Source of the DNA: Chiloscyllium plagiosum
Taxonomy: Eukaryota
Assembly: GCF_004010195.1 (NCBI RefSeq)
Contig: NC_057753.1
Location: forward strand, 7,869,930 to 7,933,929
Length of the DNA stretch: 64,000 nt
Direction: 5' to 3'
The notes under the pieces: model-generated
What the model saw: the letters and a program-made list of their open reading frames with translations, nothing else
Database searches by the model: none
Told to the model about the DNA's origin: nothing
Part shown: one piece after another, positions 28,559-40,485 of the stretch
How positions within the stretch are numbered: the stretch's first letter is position 1
Layout of the letters: the number at the start of each line of letters is the position of its first letter
Position numbers and translations under genes: made by a program

Positions 28559-28919
28559 ACTTTTCTCTGCCTCAAACTTAAAGTGAAATATAATCACATC
28601 ATGATCTCTGGAAACCTTCATTATGAATCGGCAACTTATTTTATCTTTTTGCCCAATAGAGCCTTTGGAAATGCAGCCTTTTAGTTAAGTCCAGAATGGG
28701 CATATATAAGAACTATTATGAAAACGTTATGTGAAGTCATTTTCAAACATTTTTTTTACCCATTTGATTGTATCCCTTCAAGAGATGCCATCGGTTTTGA
28801 GGAACTCCATAGAACATTGTGACGATGTGCAGGATGTGAGACGTGGCAGGTTCTTAGTTACAGAAGTTAATACTGGCATAGCGGACGTGATTGCAGAAAT
28901 AAAAGTGTGGTTCTGAAAT

Positions 28920-29085
28920 ATCACAGCCGATCAGGTAGTATCCAAAGAGCAGGAGAATCGACTTTTCGAGCATAAGCCATATTCGAAACATCGATTCTTC
29001 TGCTGCTCGGATACTGTCTGATCGGCTGTGATTTTCCACTCTAGACTCTGATGCCCAGAATCTGCAAGACCTCATTTTCTTCTGG
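28920..29085. mobile_element. Short inverted-repeat derivative of the Penelope terminal repeat
   Basis: GAGCAGGAGAATCGAC-TTTCG arm mirrored by CGAAACATCGATTCTTCTGCTGCTC. Confidence 0.7.
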
Positions 29086-30491
29086 ATGATTGCCAAAACT
29101 TCCACAGTAGTTAACGTATTAGGGAAGAACTGCACTAAAATACTGCAATTTGAAAGCAGAAACAGTGTTCTGTGAGACAGTGGAAATAGTAATTAACTAA
29201 TCTGACAAAAAATATTTTTCTTCTATACTTACCAAAAACTCACTGCCTAATAACAGTCTTTCAATAAACTCATAAATTGGCTCAATTCTCCCAACCGCAC
29301 ATTTCTGTGAATTGCTCCATCGCTATTTAATTGAGACGATGCTGATACACCCAGAGCAACAGCACTCACCAAACAATACATAATAGTGCTACATTAATTG
29401 AAATCATTTCTCTCAATTACCCATCCCAAATTGTCCTTCAGAAGGTGGTGATCTGTCTTCTTGATCCGTTGACGTAAATTTTGTTCAGGTTAACTGACAA
29501 TGGCGTTAAGAAGGCGTTCAAAATCCTGACTTCTTTTGTTATAGTAAATGTGATGACTACGACAGTTCAAGAAAACATCTCTCCACCATCTTTGCTATGG
29601 CATCTAGAAAGAGCAACAAATTCCGGCCGAGGCAATTCTGTGAGTGAATGAATGACTCAAAAATCCGATTCTCTCATTCAATGAAGTATTTTGAAAATTA
29701 CTCTGGCAGTCTTACACAGTGTGTAACATAATGGGTATCCACTTACACCTTAATGAAAAGAGGTTAATAGACCTATATGGTAAAACATGAGTATGCAAAA
29801 TATATGCACACTTTCATGCTAATAACATTGTGATCACTCACCACAGTAAATGCAAAAAGGTCACTAGGTGTCCATCCGCACTGAAAATGTTATAATACTT
29901 TACCCATTGTACTAGCCGCAATGCCAAAATGCAACATGCTTACATTGCAGTAATTTTGTGACATTTGGCCCATAAATGCATTGCCAGTAACACAGCATAA
30001 TTGTATGGCCCGAGATGACATAATAAAACCCCACAGTGACTTTTAATAAAGCAATGTAGCCATGCTTGTATCTTGAAATGAAAATGATAAATGGGGAAAG
30101 TATTAAAATGATTAAATGGTACATGCCACAAAGAGGTACACAAGCATTAAAGGGATAAAGTAAGCAGGGCATAAGATGAAACGAAGCGAGTAAACTGGTG
30201 AAATAACACAGTAAATAACAGAAATTGAAATATTTAAATCCAGAGAAATCATATCAGTCAACAATATAACTTATTGCGATAACTGGCTAGGAAAACGGTT
30301 AAGGTAAAAGAAAGCAATGTAAAAAACAGTAATAATATCAGATAAGGTAATTAATTTGTAATGTTGAAGCGATAGACAAAGCTAGTTAAAAGGAGAATTG
30401 ATATATATCATGGAGATCTGATGGTGGCAAAAAAAGATGTGATGCAGTTAACCTATGATACACGAATCTGCAAATGAATTCTATACTTCAC

Positions 30492-30561
30492 CTGGCACTC
30501 CGATTATTGCAAGTATGGTATAGTAAATGGCAAACACCAGACCATTCGGTATTCCGTGCAT
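30492..30561 (-). CDS. GPCR exon 1, MHGIPNGLVFAIYYTILAIIGVP (N-terminus and first half of TM1)
   Basis: ATG at 30561, 23 codons plus 1 nt, then a GT donor; joins exon 2 to give IYYTILAIIGVPANLSVIAIL with the conserved TM1 GxxxN. Confidence 0.85.
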
Positions 30562-30611
30562 TTCTAACACGAACTCTGAAGTATTATTCACTTCACTGCA
30601 AAATGATAACG

Positions 30612-30617
30612 TTTATA
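30612..30617 (-). promoter_or_regulatory. Candidate TATA box (TATAAA) for the GPCR gene
   Basis: About 50 nt upstream of the exon-1 ATG, on the coding strand. Confidence 0.4.
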
Positions 30618-31399
30618 GCTGATGCCAATCCGCAGGGTGATAATTATATGCCTGATCTTCTACATTAATTATATTTATTGAAACAAAACAGATACGTTCA
30701 GCTGTTCTCCGACTGACGTTTATGATAATATGTAACGGCCAGTGCATTACAGGCTAAGTCACTGCTCCAACAGGACATGGTCAGAGATTGTAGAACTCGC
30801 CCAATTGCATTTCGTCATATGAAAAAATGCAATTAATGGACTTTTCGCCAAGTAATATGTCTTCATTACTATTCAGTCTGGGAAATATAAATTGTCTTGG
30901 AAAATATAAACATTTCTTACTTCAGTCAATTATTTTGATTGTTTGATCACTCGCCAAGTGCAGCGTGTTATTGAGAACCTGTGACACAAAGATTGTACCA
31001 AAATTCTCGAAAGGGCACCTCAAACTAGATGCATCCGGGCTGCACAAAACCAGTCTCACTTGATACACGACTATACTTGGTCATATTTCTGCTGCCACAT
31101 CCAGGGCGACAGTACCTTACTTATAAACTCAGAATGAATATGTTTAATTTAACACAGTCACATCTTTCGATGTACATTCGAAATAGCGCATGTATTAGCT
31201 CAATAACAACTGTTCGAACGTCTATGTACAATTTCATATCGGTGTGGTTTTGTCCACCAGAAACCAGATCATTTCCTACAAGACCCCATATATTTTGCAG
31301 TAAGTTAATTCCTGCTTGGCTTAAATTTGATGACTTCACATCAAAACTGGCCCGTTTTTACATGTCGTAGAAAGTGGGGACTGCATTGATGGAGATCGG

Positions 31400-31570
31400 A
31401 GTTGAGAGTGTCGTGCTAGATTGGAACAGCTGGTCAGGCAGATTCTGCGGAGCAGGAGAATCGACGTTTTGGGTATAACCTTTCATCAGTCATTCCTGAT
31501 GAAGGGCTTACGCCCGAAATGTTGATTCTCCTGCTCCTCGGATGCTGCCTGACCTGCTGTGCTTTCGCCC
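31400..31570. mobile_element. Short inverted-repeat Penelope-terminus derivative with a hammerhead-like core
   Basis: Mirrored arms; CTGATGA-AGGGCTTACGCCC-GAAAT at 31496-31520. Confidence 0.72.
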
Positions 31571-31929
31571 ATTTTTACAGGCATCCCACATTTCAACAAA
31601 CAACTCAGCGGGAATTGCACTACAGTCAAGTACTTTAAATGAATTGATATAAAACCAGCACACGAACGAAGAAATGGTAATTTGGCAAAATTGATTGTGA
31701 GGTGCATTGAAGGTGAGGTTAAAATAATAAGCATATTTTAGTTTTGGTTTGGAACATTCGGATGGAAATGAAGGCAGCTGTTATGAGTAAGAGTCTTGAT
31801 GTTAAGGTTGCCCGATGTTGTCTACGGGACTCGGTGGTAGCCCTATATCGGAACACGTTGATCAGGATACTTAACAAAGACTCCAAAATCACTGTGCAAA
31901 ATATGGTGTTACATATCGGGCTCGTCTGA

Positions 31930-32398
31930 GGCCACAGAGAGTCATAGAGATGTACAGAAGACAAACAAACCTTTTGGTCCAATTTGTCCATGTCCACCAG
32001 TTACCCTAATCTATTCTAGTCCCATTTGCTAGCACTTGGCCCATATCTCTCTACATTCTTCCTATTCATGTCCCATTCCATATTTCTTCAAAATGTCGTA
32101 ATTGTACCAATCTCCTCCACTTCCTCTGGCAGCTCATTCTGTACACATATCACTCTTTGCATGAATGATCTTGCCCCTTAACTTCCTTTTAATTTTCCCC
32201 CTCTTATCTGAAACCTATGTCCTCTAGTTCTGGACTCCTTCCCACCCCATTTTCTCTTTACTGCATCTCTGCCTCTGATGATTTTAAAAACATCGATAAA
32301 GTCCCCCCTCACACTTCGACATTCCAGGGAAAATAGCCACAGCCTTTTATGCATCTCACGGTAGCTCAAATCCTCCAACCATGACAATATCTTGCAAA
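31930..32398 (-). mobile_element. CR1 3' fragment, interrupted by a SINE
   Basis: ORF 32178..32408 LEDLSYRE..RLWLFSLECRSVRGDFIDVFKIIRG..SRTRGHRF. Confidence 0.85.
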
Positions 32399-32705
32399 TG
32401 GGTGGCACGGTGGCACAGTGGTTAGCCCTGATGCCTCACAGCGCTAGAGACCCAGGTTCAATTCCCGCCACAGGCGACTGACTGTGTGGAGTTTGCACAT
32501 TCTCCCCGTGTCTGTGTGGATTTCCTCCGTATGCTCCGGTTTCCTCCCACAGTCCAAAAAATGTGCAGGTTGGGTGAATTGGCCATGCTAAAATTTCCCG
32601 TAGCCTTAGATGCAGGGGAATGGGTCTGGGTGGGTTGCGCTTCAGCGGGGTGTGGACTTGTTGGGCCGAAGGGCCTGTTCCCACACTTTAAATAATCTAA
32701 TCTAA
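32399..32705 (+). mobile_element. Full-length HE1-like V-SINE
   Basis: A-box TGGCACAGTGG, B-box GGTTCAATTCC, V-domain, CR1-like 3' end GGGCCGAAGGGCCTGT and (AATCT)n tail. Confidence 0.9.
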
Positions 32706-35700
32706 ATATTTTCTCAACTCTTTTATTCTGTATTTTATTCAGTCTGTAAAATTATTGTGCTGTAAAAGATTCATGTGTCTACGTTGCATGTCAAAGACTA
32801 AGCATGATCATAACGAACGTTTATTGGGAATGATTCTATAGAGAACCTTGTCATTCCTGGAATGTCTGAAGAAAACTTCAGATAAGATCAGGCAAAACGT
32901 TTAATATAAACTTACGAGCTGAAAGTTGTGCTCTGTTTCCATAAAATGCTGAAACTCAGAACTCTGCATTTTGTAATCAGTGATAGAATGCAGCAATTTT
33001 TTTTTCACGAATAGTCACAAAGAAACATTGTTGAAACAAAACTGATTGCTAAAGAAATTGGGATAACGTGGCAGGAGAATAATGGACGCAAGACAGAGCC
33101 AAAGAATGGTGACATCGTTCCATGAGCAGTGCCGCGTCTCAAGGCCGTGGATGAGGCAGAGGCAGTGACGCTCTGGCAACAGCAATGTGCGGGGACTTGG
33201 GCGACATGACTGTTCACAGACCGACGAAAGGACATTGTGACTTCGTTTTTCTGGCGTCGAGGCTTAACGGCAGGGGTAAGAAATGATCTGGACGTTTCCT
33301 TTTCTTTTGGCCTTTTTATTAATTTCTGTTTCTGGTTTTCATCTTCTTGTTTGTGTGAAGATGTCTCCGGAGAATGGCGATGTTTACACTTTGAACTGTG
33401 CTCCTGTATTCCCTGTACTCAAGTACACACGAAAATAAAATCTATACCTCAAGATTTAAGTCAAACAATAACAAGAACCATATGTTTTACATAGCTCCTC
33501 CAGTTTCCTGTCAATTCAAAGACATTTTACCAAACATATGCGTAAAGTTGAAAGCTCGAAAGCTGGTTGAAACTGTTTATGATGCAACTTGCTTTACTCC
33601 CCATACTGGCATTACCAATGTACCAACTGCTTACCATTTATCATGGCTGCCCATATGGAACAAGTGCCCTGAGCAAGCTCTACCAGCAGTATCCTTTGGA
33701 TTGAGGTATGAAAGAAAAACAGGCTGCCCACAATAGGGTCGCTGTGGCAAGTTCCTTCTGGCAAATGGCAGTCCTTGGTCTGTCATGGCAGAGTGATCCT
33801 GGTCGTGGTTTCCGGACCTGCCAGAGTCCCTGCATACAAACAATTATCAGTATTGCTGCGTGGGGAAACACAAACAACGCTGCATATAACTGGAGAGTCT
33901 CTTGGCTACACATTAAGTGGTAGAATATCCACCTTTGACTTCACACGTTTTGTTTGTAAAACGTACAATAATGCATGAATTGTACATCTATCAGAAACTG
34001 TGAGTCAATTGTTTCGCATTTCAGCAGATTGTCTGCCTCTGTGATTTGGCAGAATGTACGAAGTGGTTTGGTGATCCCACTTGATGCAGGTGAGTTATAA
34101 TCTTAGTGAATGGCAGAAAACACCTATCAGCAGGCCCCATAACATATTACGAACTGATATATGCATCCACAGTATGTGCGGCATTGTTCTCCCACAAAAT
34201 AGCTGCAAGTAGAGATAAACTGATGGGTGTTCTTTATTGGAGTTGCACTTAACATGACAAATATCTGGCCTCATTTAACTTGATTTACACAGCACATCAA
34301 TAAACAGATGAAGGCATTGGACACAACAAAAGCTTTGTGTTCTGACAACAATCCAGCATTATTGTTAAAGAATTATGTTCCTATATAATTTGTACCCCCA
34401 GTCCAGGTTTGCAGTTAATTTCTGATTTTAAATCTGCCCATCAACTGTGCTAAACCCATTGGATAAACGCATAACAACTTTATGCTGTAGTCGGTATATG
34501 AAATGAAAATGAACATGTAAGCTTACCACCTCGGCACAGGATTAGTCTGTTCAGACCTTCAGCCACTTCCATATTTTCAGATATTATGCCAAAAATGTTT
34601 TGGAATGAACTAAAGCGTTCTAAAGAAGGAACAAAAAAAGCATGCATTCATGTGTCTGAGACAAGGATGAAGGCTACTGGATTAATTATTGAAACATGGA
34701 TTAGGAGATATCGCACGAAGTGCAGAGATACATGGTCAATGAAAGGTAAAGTGGGACATGTTTTCGTTGATTAAGAACTGAGGCAAGTCACATTGTAATT
34801 AAAACAGCAACGATGGTTGAGTAATGGGAAAAGTGAAACAGTTTATCCTGCAGCAGCTGTTAATACCCGATCTAGTATTATAGATCAGGAAAATCGAGTG
34901 TAAAACTTGGCATCTAATTTAATTCAAACAAATACACGGCATAATGCAGTGTCCTTTTGTCCAGACGAGAGTAAATTTCACTCAGAGTTCTGGTTGACAA
35001 TAGTAATCATTTGTGGAATGGCGACGCATCAGTTTTGACAGAGGGACGTGAATGTAATAATATCCATTCCAGTGCCACAATAGCTTAGGAAAAGTGTAGT
35101 CTAATACAAAGAATAGATATACATTGTTTAAAGGTTACCCAACATCCATTGTCTTTTCGGGTGCCCCTTTATTCTCTGGGTCACGGTAGCTGTGAGCTGT
35201 GTATGATTGGCGGGGGAGGGAGGGGGGGAGCAGAAGTCATTCATTAGTAGTTTTTCCACTGTGTGTTTAATGCAATCTGCGTTGGAGAAGGATATAAGAA
35301 ACATTGGCTAAAAATGACAGAGATGTAGTTTGTTTCCTTCTGCCTGTGGAATGACGAATCAGTGAGTTGAGGGGCTGTCCTTCGGATCATGCCCCACCCA
35401 TTAAGATCATCAGGATCGATCTTCCGTCTCATGCCTGTGTTTAAGCGACTTCACTGACTCAACAAGCTTCTCCTCGATGCCATGCACATCAGACGAACGT
35501 TGCAACGATATTCACATTGGTTTCACAGAATGTTGCGTGACCCTACTTTAAACCTTTCATAATCCACATAGCATCCGATATCCGGGAAGAAATGTTGCCT
35601 ATTAATAATCTCACAGATGCTTGCCGTGGCCGTCTACTTGATCCTTTCTATTATTTCCATCCAACTCGGTGGTCCTGTCTGTAAGAAATATTCTTAGTCG

Positions 35701-36599
35701 CAGTCCCAACTTGCCCATCATATAAGCCTCAGATCCAGGTGGCAGAAGCTTGGGAAGCTTTGTTATTTTCACACACTGCGTCTGGCTACCTCGTGAGTAC
35801 TGATGGAACAAACCAACATTATTTTGGTTTAATGGAATGTTCCCGTGACCACAACATTTGCTAACATCGCCAATGGGTTAGCACTGCTTGCAGTTCTGCT
35901 TTGCTCTGATTATCCTTTAATCTCTCCATGTTTAACTTCCACGTTATTTCACTCAGCCCATGACAGAGCCCGACATTGGTGACCAGGAAGGAATGTCAGT
36001 CTCTAACCGTTACCTGTGCTTATTGCGGTCACAACAGGGTTGTTATTTCCAGGATGGATATTGCCTCAGGCAAACCCAGACGGAAGAGGACCTCCACCAG
36101 AAGGAGATTGTTGGCCGGTTGAATAAAGAAGTCAAGATATTTTCGCCGGACCTTTGGGTTTTAAAATTGATGACACTGTCACCTATTGCTGTAAAGCACA
36201 TTACTAATATGATAAACGCCGTGATAATCCAATGCATTGTGAAATACAAAAGCTCTCCCTTAAGATTCTCACAGAAACAAATGAAATGTCTGGTTAAAGA
36301 ATACATAATTCTGCCTCCCAACATCTGCTCCACTTCCTAATTTCGAATGTTACTATAGTATTGGTAAGAACCTCTGCAATTTCGGACATGCCAACTTTGC
36401 CCAAATGCTGTTTAATTTTTTCTTGTGATTGGAAGCCCTGTGTAAATTTTGGGAATGATGTCCAGAACATAAACTGGGATCCAATTCTAAGAACTGTAGC
36501 TTGGAGTTGCAATCCCCGCTATGTGATTGCTTTCTCCACATCACACCAATACCTAGAGTTTGAATATTGAAATAAAATATTGATTCTATTTGGGCTATC

Positions 36600-36698
36600 A
36601 TAGACAATAGACAATGACAATAGGTGCAGGAGTAGGGCATTCTGCCCTTCGAGCCTGCACCACCATTCATTATGATCGTGGCTGATCATCCTCAATCA
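36600..36698 (-). mobile_element. CR1 3'-terminal fragment
   Basis: TAGACAATAGACAAT..AGGTGCAGGAGTAGG..GCCCTTCGAGCCTGCACCACCATTCA. Confidence 0.75.
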
Positions 36699-36699
36699 T

Positions 36700-38560
36700 A
36701 ATGGACGAGACGTGAAAAATACTGCAACCCAATTAAAATAATTCGTTTGCTATACTGGACTGTAAAAAGTATTCCTTAAATTCTAAGCACTAACTATTCC
36801 AGAATAACGCAAGGTTTTAATGGTGTGCTGTTCCAATAACTACAAGAACCACGTATATAACAAAACAACAGATTATTTTCTCTCGGAATTACAGAGGGAT
36901 TATGTGCCTTCCAGAATTTTCTCCGCTGATCTTTCCAACAGGAATGCTTTGCCTGTAGATTCGTCTGTCGGTAATACGTTCTCTGATCTGTCAGAAAGTC
37001 TTCTGTCAAGAATTTAGATGGTGTGGCACCAAACTGTGGTAAATGGTGATACTTTCTCGAAGACCCGTGAATTGTTATCCCTTAGCAAATATAAGTTTGC
37101 TCTGGGACTCTGTCTAACGCCCCCATTCTTTTATACAGATGAGGACACGTCAGTCTTTTACAATAGGTTTGGTCATATGTTCTCCAAACCATCAGACTTC
37201 AACTTAATGGGTTTTTGGTCGCTAAGGATCTAATCTAAATTGATTGGCTAAATTTAAAACCTGTTGTCTTGAAAACAAAATGCTGCTTGGCCTTTCGGTA
37301 AAAATGCTCCAATTTGTCTGTTCTCTGTGCACCTGCCAACCTCCTGCAAGCGCAGAAACAAAAGAAAACATTCTTAAAGTCAACAAACAATGATTTTCGC
37401 ATATAACAATTTTGCAGTTTTGCACACGTATGAACTTCACAAAAACCTCCCACTTAAGAAAAAATGAACTAGCATTATAAAAAGATAGCTTCATACTTCT
37501 TGAAAAACTTAACTTCATTGCATCACCAGACCCAAAGCTCATTAATCAAGTTTAAACACTTCAGACAAGTTTAATTGATATATAATCGTGAACACTACAG
37601 TTTACATTTGAAATAAAAAAAATTAAACTATGATAAAACATTCACGATAATATTTTCGCGAGCTGCAATGTGCACGTTATATGCAATCAGTAACTTAAGT
37701 GTTTGCAATATGAAACTCTGTTGAAATAATCTGTTATTCTTGTCCTTAAACCTTTCCAGAAATGTCAAATGATTGGGATCGATATGTACAATCATGTAAA
37801 CATGAAAATATTGTAAGACTTTAACAAACTGAATATCTCTTATTCAATGGTTGAACATTTTGTTCTCGTGGATACTGATATTTTTGAAATAAACAATTTG
37901 AGTGTCAATTCCACAATCATCGTCATGGGACAACACAGCACCGCTGGCAACAATGGTGGCCTCGAAGAGTTTCAAAACATTTAGCGGGGATAAAACAGGT
38001 GCAGTGGTTAACTCTGCTATTAAATTCTCAAGTGCATCCTGGTATTGTTTTGTCCATCAAAATTTCGTGTTCTTTTTTTAACAAATCCTTTATTGGCACA
38101 ATTACTCTGCAAAGTTTGTTCTTAATTTCCTGTAGAATACACTCTATCCTAAAAACCGTACCACTTCATTCTTCCAGGGTTGTCTTAGAATTTCCACGAT
38201 AGATATCGTTTTCACATTCATTAATGTCATCCATCCATCCGTGTTCGATATTGTAACGTCAGAATGTCACTTTCGCCTTTGCATTATCTGTTTTTCCAAG
38301 TTTATGACAAATTTTGCCGTCTACAGTGTCTCAAAGAATTCAGCCAGAATTTCCATGCGATCTTTCCATGAAGGACTGCAGAATAGCCAAGTCATCTACG
38401 CAGATGGCACAATTAGTCAATCCTTCAACAATTCTGTTCATATGTCTTTGGAAACTGACTGGTACATTTTGAATTCCAAAGTGTATCATTTTAAATTGAT
38501 GCAGCCCGTTTAGGATCACAAAGGCAGAAAGTTATTTTGCTCTTTCTGAGAATGTTACTT
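36700..38560 (-). mobile_element. 3' part (RT, RNase H, PPT, 3' LTR) of a second decayed Gmr1-type Gypsy element
   Basis: Minus strand reads SAFVILNGLHQFKMIHFGIQNVPVSFQRHMNRIVEGLTNCAICVDDL (RT motifs); purine tract AAGTGGGAGG just before TGTGAAG at 37441. Confidence 0.75.
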
Positions 38561-39060
38561 NNNNNNNNNNNNNNNNNNNNNNNNNNNNNNNNNNNNNNNN
38601 NNNNNNNNNNNNNNNNNNNNNNNNNNNNNNNNNNNNNNNNNNNNNNNNNNNNNNNNNNNNNNNNNNNNNNNNNNNNNNNNNNNNNNNNNNNNNNNNNNNN
38701 NNNNNNNNNNNNNNNNNNNNNNNNNNNNNNNNNNNNNNNNNNNNNNNNNNNNNNNNNNNNNNNNNNNNNNNNNNNNNNNNNNNNNNNNNNNNNNNNNNNN
38801 NNNNNNNNNNNNNNNNNNNNNNNNNNNNNNNNNNNNNNNNNNNNNNNNNNNNNNNNNNNNNNNNNNNNNNNNNNNNNNNNNNNNNNNNNNNNNNNNNNNN
38901 NNNNNNNNNNNNNNNNNNNNNNNNNNNNNNNNNNNNNNNNNNNNNNNNNNNNNNNNNNNNNNNNNNNNNNNNNNNNNNNNNNNNNNNNNNNNNNNNNNNN
39001 NNNNNNNNNNNNNNNNNNNNNNNNNNNNNNNNNNNNNNNNNNNNNNNNNNNNNNNNNNNN
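38561..39060. other. Assembly gap (500 N)
   Basis: N run. Confidence 1.
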
Positions 39061-39400
39061 CACGAGAACCACTTATGGTCAGGGGTCAGCACAGACATCG
39101 CAGTGTATGGGTTTGGAACTGGAACTGTTGGAGTGGAAACAACACAATTGATCCGTCTGAGATCATGGTTCCAGGCTGACTGGGAGGGTTCTAGCACCCC
39201 TGATGCTAACAATCCTTCAATTGTGTCGGCAATGCCGGCTTCAGCCTCTGGTTTGTGTGAATATTGTGTCTGCCAAATTGGAGTGTGGTCAATTAAATCG
39301 AATGTGATTGGTGTGACATGTTTGCAGTGACCAACGACCGTTGAACCTGCTGACCACAAGGTATCTGGTAGAGTATCAAGCATCGCTGCAGCCTGTGGAT
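39061..39400 (-). pseudogene. pol: ERV reverse transcriptase N-terminus with an internal deletion
   Basis: LPDTLWSAG..VG, IWQTQY, SAWN joined directly to HDLRRIN (expected TPILPV-type segment missing), VPNPYT, HKWFS. Confidence 0.88.
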
Positions 39401-39453
39401 GGTCTGTGTTTTTTCCCTGCCGTGAAACCTTTCAATCTGCCTATGTTCCAGCA

Positions 39454-39549
39454 GTGCTGGAAGAGCACAGCAATTCAGGCAGCATCCGAAAAGCTTCTTT
39501 TCGGATGCTGCCTGAATTGCTGTGCTCTTCCAGCACCACTGATCCAGAA
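39454..39549. mobile_element. 96-bp perfect-hairpin Penelope-terminus derivative inserted in ERV pol
   Basis: 40-bp arms 39454-39493 and 39497-39536; 12-bp TSD TATGTTCCAGCA at 39442-39453 and 39550-39561. Confidence 0.9.
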
Positions 39550-39561
39550 TATGTTCCAGCA

Positions 39562-40060
39562 ATACCTTGTCAGTTGTCCTGTACATAATTCTATAGGCTT
39601 CCTCTGATGGTGAATATTGAAAACCGGGTAGCTGAGTCCAAACCCAATCAGTTAGCGCCATCATACGTTTGGACATAGGTCCCAGATGTTTGGCCTGATA
39701 GCTAGCATGCACGGCCAATGTGAGATGAGGTATAGCTTCTTCAGACATCTCATACCATTCCAACTGTTCTGCAGTCAGTTCAATAACACCTGCCACACCT
39801 TCTTTCCCTATCAGCATACAACTAGAAGAAATATCCCATTGAGTCCCTTCTAAGTGCTGATAGAAAGCATGCTGATAGATTTCATTATCATCTCTATCAT
39901 AATACAGGGTAAGATGAAGGGAATCTGCAGGAGGAGCATAGGGATGCAGCATCTGACCCCAGGGTCGCCATTGGCTGTATAAAGACTGTATACCGTTGTT
40001 CTGCCTGTTTTCGGGTTCCAGGAGTCCCCAGTATATATCTGCCCACTGCCCTTCTGCCAT
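39562..40060 (-). pseudogene. 2H phosphoesterase (CNPase-like) domain within ERV pol
   Basis: Two HxT motifs, SLHLTL and IPHLTL, ~64 aa apart, followed by AKHLGPM; lies between protease and RT. Confidence 0.75.
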
Positions 40061-40083
40061 TGGTAATGTGTCCGGTGATAGCA

Positions 40084-40485
40084 TCATTTGAGATCCAGAT
40101 TTGTCATAGAACAGTTGTCAGAATAGCCATTTGGAAAGATCACTACCAGCCCATCTGGTCCGCACAGAAGCGAGACCCCACATCTCACCAGCAAGTGACG
40201 GCCCATCAGATTCACAGGGCATGCAGGCGATGAAATATACCGGTGACGAAAGGTCTGTCCGGCCACTGATGTGATCAGTGGCGATGTCAAAGGCAGATTT
40301 TCTGGTTTACCCGAGAACCCGACTAACTGGACGCTGGAGGATGACATATTTGACCGAGGTATATCACAAGTGATGGTAGAAAATCTTGCACCCGTGTCAA
40401 CCAAAAAAGACAGATTCTTGTCCATTACCCTCATTTACATATAGGGGTCTGTCAACCACACATGCCCCTGGATTCTCGGGTCCCG
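40084..40485 (-). pseudogene. pro: ERV aspartic protease
   Basis: LSFLVDTGARFSTI, LVGFSGK, CPVNLMGRHLL; one premature TAA at 40435-40437. Confidence 0.9.

Larger units (their letters stand above)
19862..30491 (-). other. Phase-1 GT-AG intron of the GPCR gene (~10.6 kb including a 500-N gap)
   Basis: Donor CCAG|GTGAAG at 30491 and acceptor TTTGCAG ending at 19862; frames join (70+899=969 nt). Confidence 0.8.

Noticed and set aside
32399..32475. tRNA gene (also at 28350)
   Set aside because: tRNA-derived head of a V-SINE that continues into SINE body and tail
12636..39383. Long ORFs made largely of X (e.g. 12713..13417, 22569..23301, 38491..39151)
   Set aside because: Artefacts of N gaps; only their non-N ends are informative
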